Shown: positions 9,706-19,156 of the stretch, piece after piece
Numbering within the stretch: the first letter of the stretch is position 1
Layout: every line of letters begins with the position of its first letter
Source: Candidatus Obscuribacteraceae bacterium
GTDB lineage: Bacteria; Cyanobacteriota; Vampirovibrionia; Obscuribacterales; Obscuribacteraceae
Assembly: GCA_044229845.1 (NCBI GenBank)
Contig: JBGASG010000001.1
Location: 128,001 to 192,000 of the forward strand
Length of the DNA: 64,000 nucleotides
Direction: 5' to 3'
Notes under the pieces: model-generated
Database searches by the model: none
What the model was told of the DNA's origin: nothing
Seen by the model: only the letters and a program-made list of their open reading frames with translations
Translations under genes and position numbers: made by a program

Positions 9706-11664
9706 TCAGGTCGGTTTCTTCATGCCCTGTTTGCTTTGCCGGGCCGGATTATCTTTGCCGTTGCCGGCGTCGCTCGCGGTTCCGGTATCGGTGGCGGTGG
9801 CAGTGCCGCCGCCGCTGTCGCTGGTACCACCTGTAGTGCCACCCTGTTCTTCCGACTGCAGTTCGTCGACTTCGCCTTCCCAGGACATCTGGATGTTGAA
9901 CGCTACCGGATCGAGCTCGTTAGATTGCGGCTGAACATTTTGCTTGACTTCCGGCATGACAATCTGGGGAACCGTTTCCGGTTCGGGCGGCTTCTGTTCG
10001 GGTTCATCTTTGTTGCCGAATCCGGGTCCGCCGAAAAGCTCGGACGATTCGTCGAAGATGTCGGCTGGTGTCAGCCAACCTTCCGAGACGAGTGTGTCGA
10101 AGAACGGCACCTTCTCCATGCGCTGCAAATTGATGGCAGTCTGGAACTGGGCGACGGTAATCTTGCCGAAAGTGATCAACTTTTGACCGAGAATGGCGGA
10201 ATCCAGTTCTTCCTCCGTCAGGAAGCCTGCCGTCAGGAGAAACTGACCGAAGGGCATGTTCGGTTCGGCTTTGTGCATGTCGAGGGCTACCTGCAACTCA
10301 GTCGGCTGAATGATGTTGGCGCATTCGAGCAACTCGCCAATCTTGAGGGCAGTGCGTTTGCCGCCGTTCAAGCGACCGCCGCCTTCGGGACCATCCAGCT
10401 GGCGCAGTCCCAGACGACGCAAGTCATAGTCTGTACGGGTGACCGGGTCTTTGAGGATGTCGTGGGCGATGCACAGGAAGCGCAGTTGCTCTTTGAAGGC
10501 TTTGATTTCGCCGCGTGACACGGACTCGGGCGGCTGTGCCTGGTGAGTGCGTATATGCGAGCGCAAGCGTCTCAAGAAGGACGTGTGGATCACTTCGTAA
10601 GTGGAGGTATCGCCCACGCCTAGGGCTTCGTAGAAGTTACCGGCGGCTCCCTCGGCAATGGCGTGCTGGACGACGGGCGCAACAATTTCCGGCACGCGCG
10701 TGGCGCCGGAGGTCGTTTTCTGGGGCACTTCGGCAGCCGCTTTGGCTGGCTCGCTGCTGGGTGCGATCGGTACTTTGATTTGAACTTTCGGGGTCTCTTT
10801 GGGCGACTCGGTCGTGGGCGCCGGCGGCGGTGAGGATTGTTCGGGAGTGGTATCGTCCTCGGTGTCACCGAAGTCGAGGTAGGAAAGCGGTCCGGCTCCC
10901 GGCTCGCTGGGAGGCATAGCCAGGTCGTCGATGTCGGGTTTGCCGGGGGAGTCATCCTCGGAGGGCTCTTGCTCTTCCGAGTCAGGTTGTGATTGAGCCG
11001 GCGCTTCCGCTTCCGGTTCTGAGGTCTCTTGCTTCTCCTCTTCTTTTTCGAGCCAGTCTGGAGGTGTCCATGGTTTCCTGACAGGAATTCCGTCTTCGTC
11101 AAGCTGAGACTCGGGGGAGGTGGCGCCCTGGGTGTCGGAGTGTTCGACGTGTCCCATGGACTTGGCCGGCAATTCCTCGCCCGGGGCAGGTTGGAAGTCC
11201 AGGTGCTTTTCGTCGTCGTCTGTCGAAGTGCCTTCTTCGGACAGTTCGGACTGGCGAAGCAGCGAGTCCTGGGCCAGCATCGTCTCCTGAGCACGCAAGT
11301 TGGTAGTCGAGTAGGCGGAGGTGGTCTCCTCTGCCTCTTTGACTTCCAGGTTGATTTCCGGAGTTGCTGCTTCTTGCTGTAGTTTCTCAGACGGTCGGAA
11401 GACGACCAGTACGCACTCGGCGCGGGTGACGGCTGCCCGGTGCAAACGGTCGATGGTGGCGGAAATCTGCTTGGAGCGCTCGGTCTGACCGAATTCGTTG
11501 GCTTTCGTCGCGGCTTCCCTGGCTTGCAAAATGGCGCACAAATGCGTGTGCGCGAGACCGGCGCCATCGCTGTCGCCTGCCTCAAAGCTTTGCTTGAACG
11601 CGGCGGCAAGTACTTTTGCCTCGAGTTCGGCGCGATCTTCAGCTGCTAGATCAAGCGACTGCAT
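9706..11664 (-). CDS. Acidic/Pro-rich protein with DnaJ-like domain (no HPD) and MshEN-like repeats
   Basis: NFYEALGV...AHDILKDPVTRTDYD; KIGELLECANII..TELQVAL and PFGQFLLTAGFLTEEELDSAILGQ. Confidence 0.65.
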   Translation of the reverse strand: MQSLDLAAEDRAELEAKVLAAAFKQSFEAGDSDGAGLAHTHLCAILQAREAATKANEFGQTERSKQISATIDRLHRAAVTRAECVLVVFRPSEKLQQEAATPEINLEVKEAEETTSAYSTTNLRAQETMLAQDSLLRQSELSEEGTSTDDDEKHLDFQPAPGEELPAKSMGHVEHSDTQGATSPESQLDEDGIPVRKPWTPPDWLEKEEEKQETSEPEAEAPAQSQPDSEEQEPSEDDSPGKPDIDDLAMPPSEPGAGPLSYLDFGDTEDDTTPEQSSPPPAPTTESPKETPKVQIKVPIAPSSEPAKAAAEVPQKTTSGATRVPEIVAPVVQHAIAEGAAGNFYEALGVGDTSTYEVIHTSFLRRLRSHIRTHQAQPPESVSRGEIKAFKEQLRFLCIAHDILKDPVTRTDYDLRRLGLRQLDGPEGGGRLNGGKRTALKIGELLECANIIQPTELQVALDMHKAEPNMPFGQFLLTAGFLTEEELDSAILGQKLITFGKITVAQFQTAINLQRMEKVPFFDTLVSEGWLTPADIFDESSELFGGPGFGNKDEPEQKPPEPETVPQIVMPEVKQNVQPQSNELDPVAFNIQMSWEGEVDELQSEEQGGTTGGTSDSGGGTATATDTGTASDAGNGKDNPARQSKQGMKKPT

Positions 11665-11917
11665 GCCCTGCGGTAGTGTCCTCTCAACAATGTCGCGGCA
11701 GTTCTAGCGCGACTATTGCCCATCACGACTAAAAAGATTATGCCTTTTCAGACGAGATTTAACACCCATTATTTGATTATGCAGATAAGACTTAAATATG
11801 CTTCTGCTTGACAACTTGAAAAGGATCTCATTTAGGCTAAACAAGAGCGTATACGTGATACTTCGGTGAGCGGCCGTGGTACGCGCAGCCGAGCGGAAGT
11901 GCGCCTGACACCCTGAT

Positions 11918-12697
11918 ATGATCAGACGACCGTTTTGCGAGTCTTTGAAGTTGAGCGAAGACGCTGACATCGCCGCCGCCCTGGAAGACCTCAAGCAGCG
12001 AGCGTCTTTGTTGTCAGTGCATCTGGACGAGAAAACTTTGCAACTGATCGGCGAATTTTGTCGCCAGCTGGCTGCCTATAATCAGCACACTAATCTGGTT
12101 TCGAAAGCCGATGCACCAAATCTGGTGCAACAGCATATCGCCGATTCACTGAGTCTCGTCGGTCCGATTGCGGACCGACAAAAGATGAACCATCGTCTGG
12201 TGGACATCGGCTCCGGCGCCGGTTTTCCGGCGATAATTCTGGCGTTGACGCTGGCTGATTTGCAGGTGGTTTTTATCGAGTCGATCAGCAAGAAGGCAAA
12301 ATTTTTGCAGCAGGTTTGCGGATATCTGGGATTGGACAATCGCGTTAAAGTTCTGGCTGAGCGCGCTGAAACCTGTGCTCGGCAAAAAGACCTGCGCGAC
12401 AGTTTTGGCTTTGCTACCGCACGGGCGGTCGGTTCGCTTTCACTGATCAGCGAATTGACTCTGCCGTTTTTGCAGACCGGCGGCTGCTTGCTGGCTCAGA
12501 AGTCTCAAAAACAAGCAGATGATGAAATTAGAGAAGCTGCTTCACTTGTCACTGCCCTTGGTGGCAGTATTCGCGAAAAGGTGATACCAAATCCGATGGC
12601 AGTCGGGAAGGATGTCGTGATTATCGAAGTAGTAAAAACGCAACCGACCCCGCCGAAATATCCGCGCCAAACAGCGCAGTTAGGCAAAGGACGCTGA
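11918..12697 (+). CDS. rsmG: 16S rRNA m7G527 methyltransferase
   Basis: NLVS, HIADSL, DIGSGAGFP, ESISKKAKFL, RAE, ATARAV, TPPKYPR. Confidence 0.93.
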   Translation: MIRRPFCESLKLSEDADIAAALEDLKQRASLLSVHLDEKTLQLIGEFCRQLAAYNQHTNLVSKADAPNLVQQHIADSLSLVGPIADRQKMNHRLVDIGSGAGFPAIILALTLADLQVVFIESISKKAKFLQQVCGYLGLDNRVKVLAERAETCARQKDLRDSFGFATARAVGSLSLISELTLPFLQTGGCLLAQKSQKQADDEIREAASLVTALGGSIREKVIPNPMAVGKDVVIIEVVKTQPTPPKYPRQTAQLGKGR

Positions 12698-12711
12698 GCA
12701 GCGTCAGCCTC

Positions 12712-13605
12712 TCAGGAAACGCTCTCCAGCTGCGAAATCAGCCAGCCTTCCGCTGAAGCTTGCATCTTTGCTTCGGCAGGCGGTGAGTCGCACATCAGCT
12801 CCATTAAGCGCCTGCGGCTTCCGAAGACATAGTTGGCGCGGTTGATCAATGCCGTCACGTCCAGATAATCGTGGGCGAAAATCACATTGTCCAGTTTTCG
12901 GTACCAGTCGTCGCCGGCCGGCACCACCACATCTGCCACCATCGGACCGATCTCGATCAAGTCTTTGTCGCGTCCCGACCGCGGCGGCCAGACAGTGAAC
13001 ATGGTCTTCATGTCGAAGCCGAGACATTCGACGCGACCGAAATCAGGAGATGGTCCGTCCTCGAATTGAAAACCAATTTCTTTGTAGTGTTGCAGCTCTT
13101 CGTTCCAGACTTCCGTCAACACTTCAGAGACGGTGTTGATGTGCGGCTCCAGGCGCCACATTTCGCTGGTCGGTAGGTAAGACAGCGCCGGCTGGAAGTC
13201 CCAGTTGTCTTCGACATAACGCACTTCGTACTGATGGGTGTGCGCCCAGGCAGCAGTGAGCACGCCCATCCAGTTGTAGTCGTCCTTGTATACGCGGGCA
13301 TATTGTTGCTTGAACCAGACTGCCCAGTCTTCAAAATTGTCGTATTGATGCGAGCGCTTGATCAGTCCGTCGCGCCATTCATGCTCATCCGGCAGGGGAT
13401 CGGGGGCATGGAAAAACTCCGTCCAGTAGGCGGTGACCGCGTTTGGTTCCACCATGTCGGTGTAAGCGACGCCCTCCTGTTCCTGCCACAGCTCTCGGCA
13501 GGTTTTCACCGTTTCTTCGCAGCGGCTGTACGGATTGGACTCTTTGAATTTTTCGTCGTGACGAACCCAGTCGATGGCTGACCGAATGAGATACGCTGGA
13601 TACAT
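12712..13605 (-). CDS. Hypothetical Trp/acidic-rich protein (297 aa)
   Basis: Long ORF; ATG at 13605 (MYPAYLIR) follows a purine-rich RBS just downstream of malQ; no family recognised. Confidence 0.65.
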   Translation of the reverse strand: MYPAYLIRSAIDWVRHDEKFKESNPYSRCEETVKTCRELWQEQEGVAYTDMVEPNAVTAYWTEFFHAPDPLPDEHEWRDGLIKRSHQYDNFEDWAVWFKQQYARVYKDDYNWMGVLTAAWAHTHQYEVRYVEDNWDFQPALSYLPTSEMWRLEPHINTVSEVLTEVWNEELQHYKEIGFQFEDGPSPDFGRVECLGFDMKTMFTVWPPRSGRDKDLIEIGPMVADVVVPAGDDWYRKLDNVIFAHDYLDVTALINRANYVFGSRRRLMELMCDSPPAEAKMQASAEGWLISQLESVS

Positions 13606-13624
13606 CAAACAGAAACCCCTCTTT

Positions 13625-15373
13625 TCACTTCTTTGAAGAAATTGTACCCAGAGACGGAACTCGTGGCAGCCTGCCTGTCTCTTTGACAAGTCGAGAAAGC
13701 AAGTGGATCTTTTCAGCCCATTCCGGATTGCGCTCGCATTCGACGAGCGAGTCATGCATGCGCTGACTCCAGTTTGAATTAGAAGCCAGTCCCGGCTCGT
13801 TGTACCGCTCGCTGGTGCCCAGAATGTCGGTAATCATGAACATAGCAAGCCAGCAGGGAGTTTCCAGAAGCGCAGTGACGAACGCGACATGCAGCTCTCT
13901 TGTAAAGCTGGTGGGCGGATGCTCCGGATCTAGAGAAAGGAACCGCATCAACCGCTGCACATCCAGCCAGGCTGCATGACCGTCCTGACCGTGCCAGCGG
14001 CGCACCAGGTCTTCGTAATATGCTCGCAACGGCGCCAAATCGTGCGTCGCGTATGTTGCCAGGTTGAGCGGATGCAACTCATCCTTTGGTTTGAATTCCT
14101 GAGTCTCTTCGTCGCGCTCGAAAATCGGAATGGCAAATCCGGGAATGCCCAGTTTGCGCAGCATCGGCCTGACGTACCAGGGAACGACTCCCAGGTCTTC
14201 CGCGACCACGCCCGCCTCGCCGGCCGCTTCTTTGATCATGATCAAAAGCTTTTCGCCGTCAACGGCATTCAGTTCGCCCAGCTCTTTGGGATAGTCTTTG
14301 CGCTGAATGAAATGAGGCAGTTCTCCGCCGGTCAATTCCTTGGCTTCTTCCTCGGTGAGGCTGACGAATTCTTCGTTGCGCTCCGGGATCCATGGAAATG
14401 CGTATATACGAAAGAAACCCAGCACATGGTCGATGCGGAAGTAGTGGAAGACCTGCGTCAGGAGACCGACGCGCTTGCGCCACCAGGCGAAATTCTCTTT
14501 GCGATGGGCGTCCCACTTATAGAGAGGAATGCCCCAGTTTTGCCCCCACTTCACCACGAACTCGCTGTCTTGGAAATAAGGCTCGGGCGGGGCTCCGCCT
14601 GACCATTGGAGATCGAATAAGTCGCGCTCGGCCCAGACATCGGCGCTGTAGCGGCTGATGCCGAACGGCAGGTCTCCCATGAGGGCGATACCCAGGCGGT
14701 CGGCGTGGGCGCGCACTGAGTCCCACTGTCTGAACGCCACCCACTGCACAAACGCGAAGAAGTCGCGATTTTTCTGCAGGCGACCGTCGCTCTTTTCGTC
14801 AAACCATTTTTCAGCGGTGGACAGTGACTGATGTTGGGGCTCCCACCACGGCCAGCAGGCATTGCCCTGATACTCATCCACCAGAAGACGGAAGAGCGTG
14901 TAGGGTTGTAGCCAGATGGCATGCTTGGCTTTGAAGTCACGAAACTCGGTGGCGAGCGCATCGGCTCCAACCGTCTCGGTCGCCACGAAAGTCTCGTAGG
15001 CTGCCCGCAGCAGTTGCAGCTTCAGCCACTTGACCGTTGCATAATTCACAGCATCGCCGGCGATGGCATTTACCGTCTCCGGCGTCACCAGTTCGTTGTA
15101 CACCTGGGCCGTCAAACCGGGCACCGCCGATGGTGAAACATCGAGAAGGACGGGGTCGAGAGCCAGAGAGCTGAGGGCGTTATAGGGGCTGTTGTCGCCG
15201 CCGGTTTCGTTAATCGGCAAAACTTGCAGCACGGCCAGGCTGTTGCGCGCGCAAAAGTCTAGAGCGTCCTTCATGGCGGTGGTGTCGCCGATGCCCAGAT
15301 CGTCCTGGCGGCGCAGGGCGAACACCGGTACCAGCATGCCGGCCATTTGCTCTTTCGGATTGATGATGCTCAT
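13625..15373 (-). CDS. malQ: 4-alpha-glucanotransferase (amylomaltase, GH77)
   Basis: GMLVPVFAL, QVLPIN, SPY, MGDLPFG, GQNWGIPLY, FRIDHVLGFFR, VAEDLG, ATHD. Confidence 0.93.
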   Translation of the reverse strand: MSIINPKEQMAGMLVPVFALRRQDDLGIGDTTAMKDALDFCARNSLAVLQVLPINETGGDNSPYNALSSLALDPVLLDVSPSAVPGLTAQVYNELVTPETVNAIAGDAVNYATVKWLKLQLLRAAYETFVATETVGADALATEFRDFKAKHAIWLQPYTLFRLLVDEYQGNACWPWWEPQHQSLSTAEKWFDEKSDGRLQKNRDFFAFVQWVAFRQWDSVRAHADRLGIALMGDLPFGISRYSADVWAERDLFDLQWSGGAPPEPYFQDSEFVVKWGQNWGIPLYKWDAHRKENFAWWRKRVGLLTQVFHYFRIDHVLGFFRIYAFPWIPERNEEFVSLTEEEAKELTGGELPHFIQRKDYPKELGELNAVDGEKLLIMIKEAAGEAGVVAEDLGVVPWYVRPMLRKLGIPGFAIPIFERDEETQEFKPKDELHPLNLATYATHDLAPLRAYYEDLVRRWHGQDGHAAWLDVQRLMRFLSLDPEHPPTSFTRELHVAFVTALLETPCWLAMFMITDILGTSERYNEPGLASNSNWSQRMHDSLVECERNPEWAEKIHLLSRLVKETGRLPRVPSLGTISSKK

Positions 15374-16668
15374 ATTCCCAGTCTCTCGAAGACACGGTCC
15401 ACATTACGCAGATAGGCAGCCGGATTGAAACATTGTTCGACATCGTCTTGATCGAGATGCTTCATGACCTCGGCATCAGCGAGCAGGTTTATTTTGAAGT
15501 TGCCGTCTTTGGTGTTCCAGGCCGCGTGCGCGTTGCGCTGCACCAGGGTGTAAGCATCTTCGCGGCTCATGCCGCCTTTATCCACCAGGCTGAGCAAGAC
15601 CGCTTGAGAAAAAATGACGCCGCCATATATGTCCATGTTGTCGCGCATGTTGTCGGGGTAGACGACCAGATCTTTGATTACCCGGGTAAAGCGCGCCAGC
15701 ATGTAATCCAGAAGAATCGTCGAATCAGGCAATATCACGCGCTCCGCCGACGAGTGGCTGATATCGCGTTCGTGCCAGAGTGGAATGTTTTCCAGGGCGA
15801 CCAGGGCATTGCCGCGCAAAATGCGAGCCAGTCCGGACATGTTTTCGGAGGCAACCGGATTGCGTTTGTGCGGCATCGCCGAAGAACCTTTTTGTCCTTT
15901 GCTGAACGGCTCTTCCACTTCCAGTACATCGGTGCGTTGCAAGTGACGGATTTCTGTGGCGAACTTGTCGAGGCTGGTGCCGATCAGCGCCAGAGTAAAG
16001 ACAAATTGCGCGTGACGATCGCGTTGAATAATTTGAGTCGATACCGGATCTGGTGTCAGTCCCAGTTTTTTGCATAGCAGCACTTCGACATCCGGTGAGA
16101 TGTTGGAATAGGTGCCGACGGCGCCGCTTACCTGTCCTACCGATATCATATCGGTAGCCTCGGCAAGGCGTTTCTGATGCCGGCGCACTTCTTCCAGCCA
16201 GACCGCAAGTTTAAATCCGAATGTAATCGGTTCAGCATGAATGCCGTGCGAGCGGCCGACCATGACTGTGTGCTTGTGCTTGCGCGCCTGCTCCAGGATG
16301 GCCGCGTGCAGAGCCTCCAGATCTTGCTCCAGGATCAAACTGGACCGTCTCAGCTGCAATGCCAGAGCTGTGTCGATCACATCGGAGGAAGTCATGCCCA
16401 GATGCACGTAGCGTGAATTCTCACCGACGTTTTCCGCTACGTTCGTCAAGAACGCAATCACGTCGTGTTTGACTTCTTCTTCGATTTCGAGAATACGCTT
16501 AACGTCGAATTTTGCTTTTGCGACGATGTCAGGAACGACTTCTCTCGGAATCAATCCGAGTTCTGCTTGTGCCTCGCAGACTGCGATTTCTACATCAAGC
16601 CAGGTGCGAAACTTGGATTCGTCCGACCAGAGGGCGCCCATCTCAGGTCGTGTGTACCTGCTTATCAC
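15370..16668 (-). CDS. purB: Adenylosuccinate lyase
   Basis: ISRY, KHDVIAF, HLGMTSSD, GRSHGIHAEPITFG, GSSAMPHKRNP, WHERDISHSSAER. Confidence 0.96.
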   Translation of the reverse strand: MISRYTRPEMGALWSDESKFRTWLDVEIAVCEAQAELGLIPREVVPDIVAKAKFDVKRILEIEEEVKHDVIAFLTNVAENVGENSRYVHLGMTSSDVIDTALALQLRRSSLILEQDLEALHAAILEQARKHKHTVMVGRSHGIHAEPITFGFKLAVWLEEVRRHQKRLAEATDMISVGQVSGAVGTYSNISPDVEVLLCKKLGLTPDPVSTQIIQRDRHAQFVFTLALIGTSLDKFATEIRHLQRTDVLEVEEPFSKGQKGSSAMPHKRNPVASENMSGLARILRGNALVALENIPLWHERDISHSSAERVILPDSTILLDYMLARFTRVIKDLVVYPDNMRDNMDIYGGVIFSQAVLLSLVDKGGMSREDAYTLVQRNAHAAWNTKDGNFKINLLADAEVMKHLDQDDVEQCFNPAAYLRNVDRVFERLGI

Positions 16669-16810
16669 TTATGACTCCTGATTAACATGCGTGCGCTAAT
16701 GCGTCTGGGACAGGTCTGCGCGGAGAAGCTATTTTACAGGAATGATCTGGCGCAGACGCCGTTGCGCTTCCTTCTGTAAAATGTGCATATAACCAAAAGG
16801 TATTCAAGCA

Positions 16811-17704
16811 ATGAAGATTCTCGTGCCGCTCGACATCGTCCATCCCGCTGACGGCACCGTCGATGTCCTGGCGTCCGTCACCCGCCTCAAAGAAGCAGAG
16901 GTCCGACTTCTTTATGTCCGGGAAGCGCTGCCTTCTTATGAGGCCGTCATCGGAGCCGAGGCAGACTTCAATGACGACTGGAATCACAAAGTCGAGTCGC
17001 AAGCGCGCACATTCTTGAGCAAAGTCGAAGAGCAACTGAAGCCTCTGTCCGGCAAGGTCTCTTCCGAGATAGTCAGCGGTTCGCCGGCGATGATGATCGA
17101 AACGGTCGCCCGAGATGAACAATGCGACATCACGGCTTTGACGCCTGGTCACAAAAATATCGTCGAGAAGTTTTTGGTTGGCAGTGTCACCAGTAAAGTC
17201 GTAAAGCATGGTCCGGGAACCATCTTGATTTGCCGCCCGCCACGAGCCGGCGAGTATCAAAATGTCGTCATCGGTATTGATGGATCTGAAAACAGCAAAT
17301 ATGCCATCATGCGCGCCATCGAGCTGTTCCGGCTACGCGAGGAGAACGTACGCATCACCCTGGTTCACGCAGTCGACGTTGCTGATGCATTGAAGATGGT
17401 CAGTCCTGCTGAGTTTATCGGGCAGGTCGTGAACAATCTGCTGCTCGAGGGAGAAACATTCTTAGCCGACGCCAAGCGCATTCTCGCAGAGAACGACTTC
17501 AAGAAAGTCGACGTGGTGCTCAAGGAAGGCGATCCGACCACCATCATGATTGAGGTAGCCAGAGCATTGCCGGCTGATCTGATTATCATCGGCGCGCAGG
17601 GGCATTCAGCTATTCAGCACTTTTTGCTGGGCAGCGTGTCGCATCGCATAGCCGTACACGCACCATGCACGGTGGCAGTCGTGAAACCGGAAAAAGCGAG
17701 ATGA
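16811..17704 (+). CDS. Tandem-domain universal stress protein
   Basis: KILVPLD...FLVGSVTSKVVKH and NVVIGIDGS...IIGAQGHS..FLLGSVSHRIAVHAPCTVAVV. Confidence 0.9.
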   Translation: MKILVPLDIVHPADGTVDVLASVTRLKEAEVRLLYVREALPSYEAVIGAEADFNDDWNHKVESQARTFLSKVEEQLKPLSGKVSSEIVSGSPAMMIETVARDEQCDITALTPGHKNIVEKFLVGSVTSKVVKHGPGTILICRPPRAGEYQNVVIGIDGSENSKYAIMRAIELFRLREENVRITLVHAVDVADALKMVSPAEFIGQVVNNLLLEGETFLADAKRILAENDFKKVDVVLKEGDPTTIMIEVARALPADLIIIGAQGHSAIQHFLLGSVSHRIAVHAPCTVAVVKPEKAR

Positions 17705-18744
17705 AGACACGCTTTTTGACCATCGTGCTCGGCGGGTGCTGTCTGCTCCTCAGTGGCGGATTTTCGCCCTCAACGGCAGCCACCGAGATAGACGATGCTG
17801 CCGACCTGGCCACTCAACAGCAGCAAGAAAAGCAGGTGCTGGAAGAGATGCGTCAGGAGATGTCGGAGATTACCGGCACTCTCAACCAGGGAGCGCAACA
17901 GCTCAACTTGCTTCAGCAAAAGGTGGAAGCGAGCAAGCGTGTGCGCGAGCAATATTTGATTGCGAAGGAGGCGAGCTGGGAAATTTTGCCGGGAACGACT
18001 TTGAACGCGCTCACTTATAACGGGCAGGTGCCGGGTCCGGTGATCCGTGTCAAAGAGGGCGAGTTGCTGAAGATTACTTTGACCAATCAGCTGAAAGTGC
18101 CGACCAGCTTGCTCTTTCACGGCATGTCACTGCCGCAGACGGCCGGTGGATTGCCGCGCCAGGGTGAGGGACTGGTGGCACCGGGGGCGTCGTACGTCTA
18201 CCAATTTTTCGCCGACCGCCCGGGCACCTACTGGTATCATCCGCAGGTGCCGCATCTGGAGCAGCTGCCCAGAGGCATGTACGGCGCGGTGATCGTGGAA
18301 CCGACACGATTGCCCAAGACGTATGAGCGTGACATTGCCATCGTATTTGGTGAGTGTCAGGCGGGTGATCCGCGCTCGGCAAAACACCCCGCGTACTTTT
18401 TGACTAACGGGAAAACAGCCTCCGGTGCTCAGCCACTCGAACTAAAACGCGGAGAGCGCGTGCGCCTGCGCATGATCAATGCATCGCAAGCATCGATTCC
18501 TTTGTTTCTTACCGGGCACCGCATGGAGATCATGTCGATCAACGGTTCAGACTCTCTGGAGCCCCACGTGATGCGCGACACGCTGACCCTGCAACCTGGC
18601 GATCGGGTGGATGCCGAGGTGGTGGCTAACAACCCGGGCGTCTGGTCGCTGGCTTCACTAATACCCAGCCAGAACCAGATCGACGGTAAGTTTCCGGGCG
18701 GCATTGCCACCGTGGTTCGCTATACCGAACTCTCGCAAAAATAA
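17701..18744 (+). CDS. Secreted two-domain multicopper-oxidase-fold protein with degenerate Cu ligands
   Basis: Signal peptide MKTRFLTIVLGGCCLLL; YNGQVPGPVIRVKEG, PGTYWYH, GMYGAVIV, RVRLRMIN, NPGVW; ATGA overlap with the usp stop codon. Confidence 0.8.
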   Translation: MKTRFLTIVLGGCCLLLSGGFSPSTAATEIDDAADLATQQQQEKQVLEEMRQEMSEITGTLNQGAQQLNLLQQKVEASKRVREQYLIAKEASWEILPGTTLNALTYNGQVPGPVIRVKEGELLKITLTNQLKVPTSLLFHGMSLPQTAGGLPRQGEGLVAPGASYVYQFFADRPGTYWYHPQVPHLEQLPRGMYGAVIVEPTRLPKTYERDIAIVFGECQAGDPRSAKHPAYFLTNGKTASGAQPLELKRGERVRLRMINASQASIPLFLTGHRMEIMSINGSDSLEPHVMRDTLTLQPGDRVDAEVVANNPGVWSLASLIPSQNQIDGKFPGGIATVVRYTELSQK

Positions 18745-19050
18745 CTACATTGCTTCGCGCAGCTGCTCCAGCTGGATCTTCACCTTTTCCCTGGTCAGTC
18801 CTGTGTGGCTGCAGAAAGCGTCCCAACCTATATCGATAACCTCTTCCCAGTACTCGTAGTAAACCTGGGAATTAAGATATCCAAGCCCCTGCTCCAGAGA
18901 AAAATCTGCCAGGATAGCTTTAGCCATATCGTGTTGAACGAGATGCTGCACATCGAACCACTGCTCTTCCAAAGCCAACTCAAAAAGAGTGGCCAGGAAA
19001 ATCGGCTGGCGATATCGGGTTTCTGCAAGCTCACGTAGCCGGTCATGCAT
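18745..19050 (-). CDS. Small hypothetical protein (101 aa)
   Basis: Protein-like composition (QHDMAKAILAD), GGAGAGG RBS upstream. Confidence 0.7.
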   Translation of the reverse strand: MHDRLRELAETRYRQPIFLATLFELALEEQWFDVQHLVQHDMAKAILADFSLEQGLGYLNSQVYYEYWEEVIDIGWDAFCSHTGLTREKVKIQLEQLREAM

Positions 19051-19156
19051 CAGCGTGCGTTTACCTCTCCCATGCAGGCTCGCTTATCAATAAGGTAGCA
19101 TAAAGTTTTGTTAACTGGTGGAGCATTTTAGAAATACCATATCTGGTGGCGCGAAT

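Noticed and set aside
12712..13755. 347-aa ORF overlapping malQ by about 130 nt
   Set aside because: The better start with an RBS at 13605 removes the overlap.
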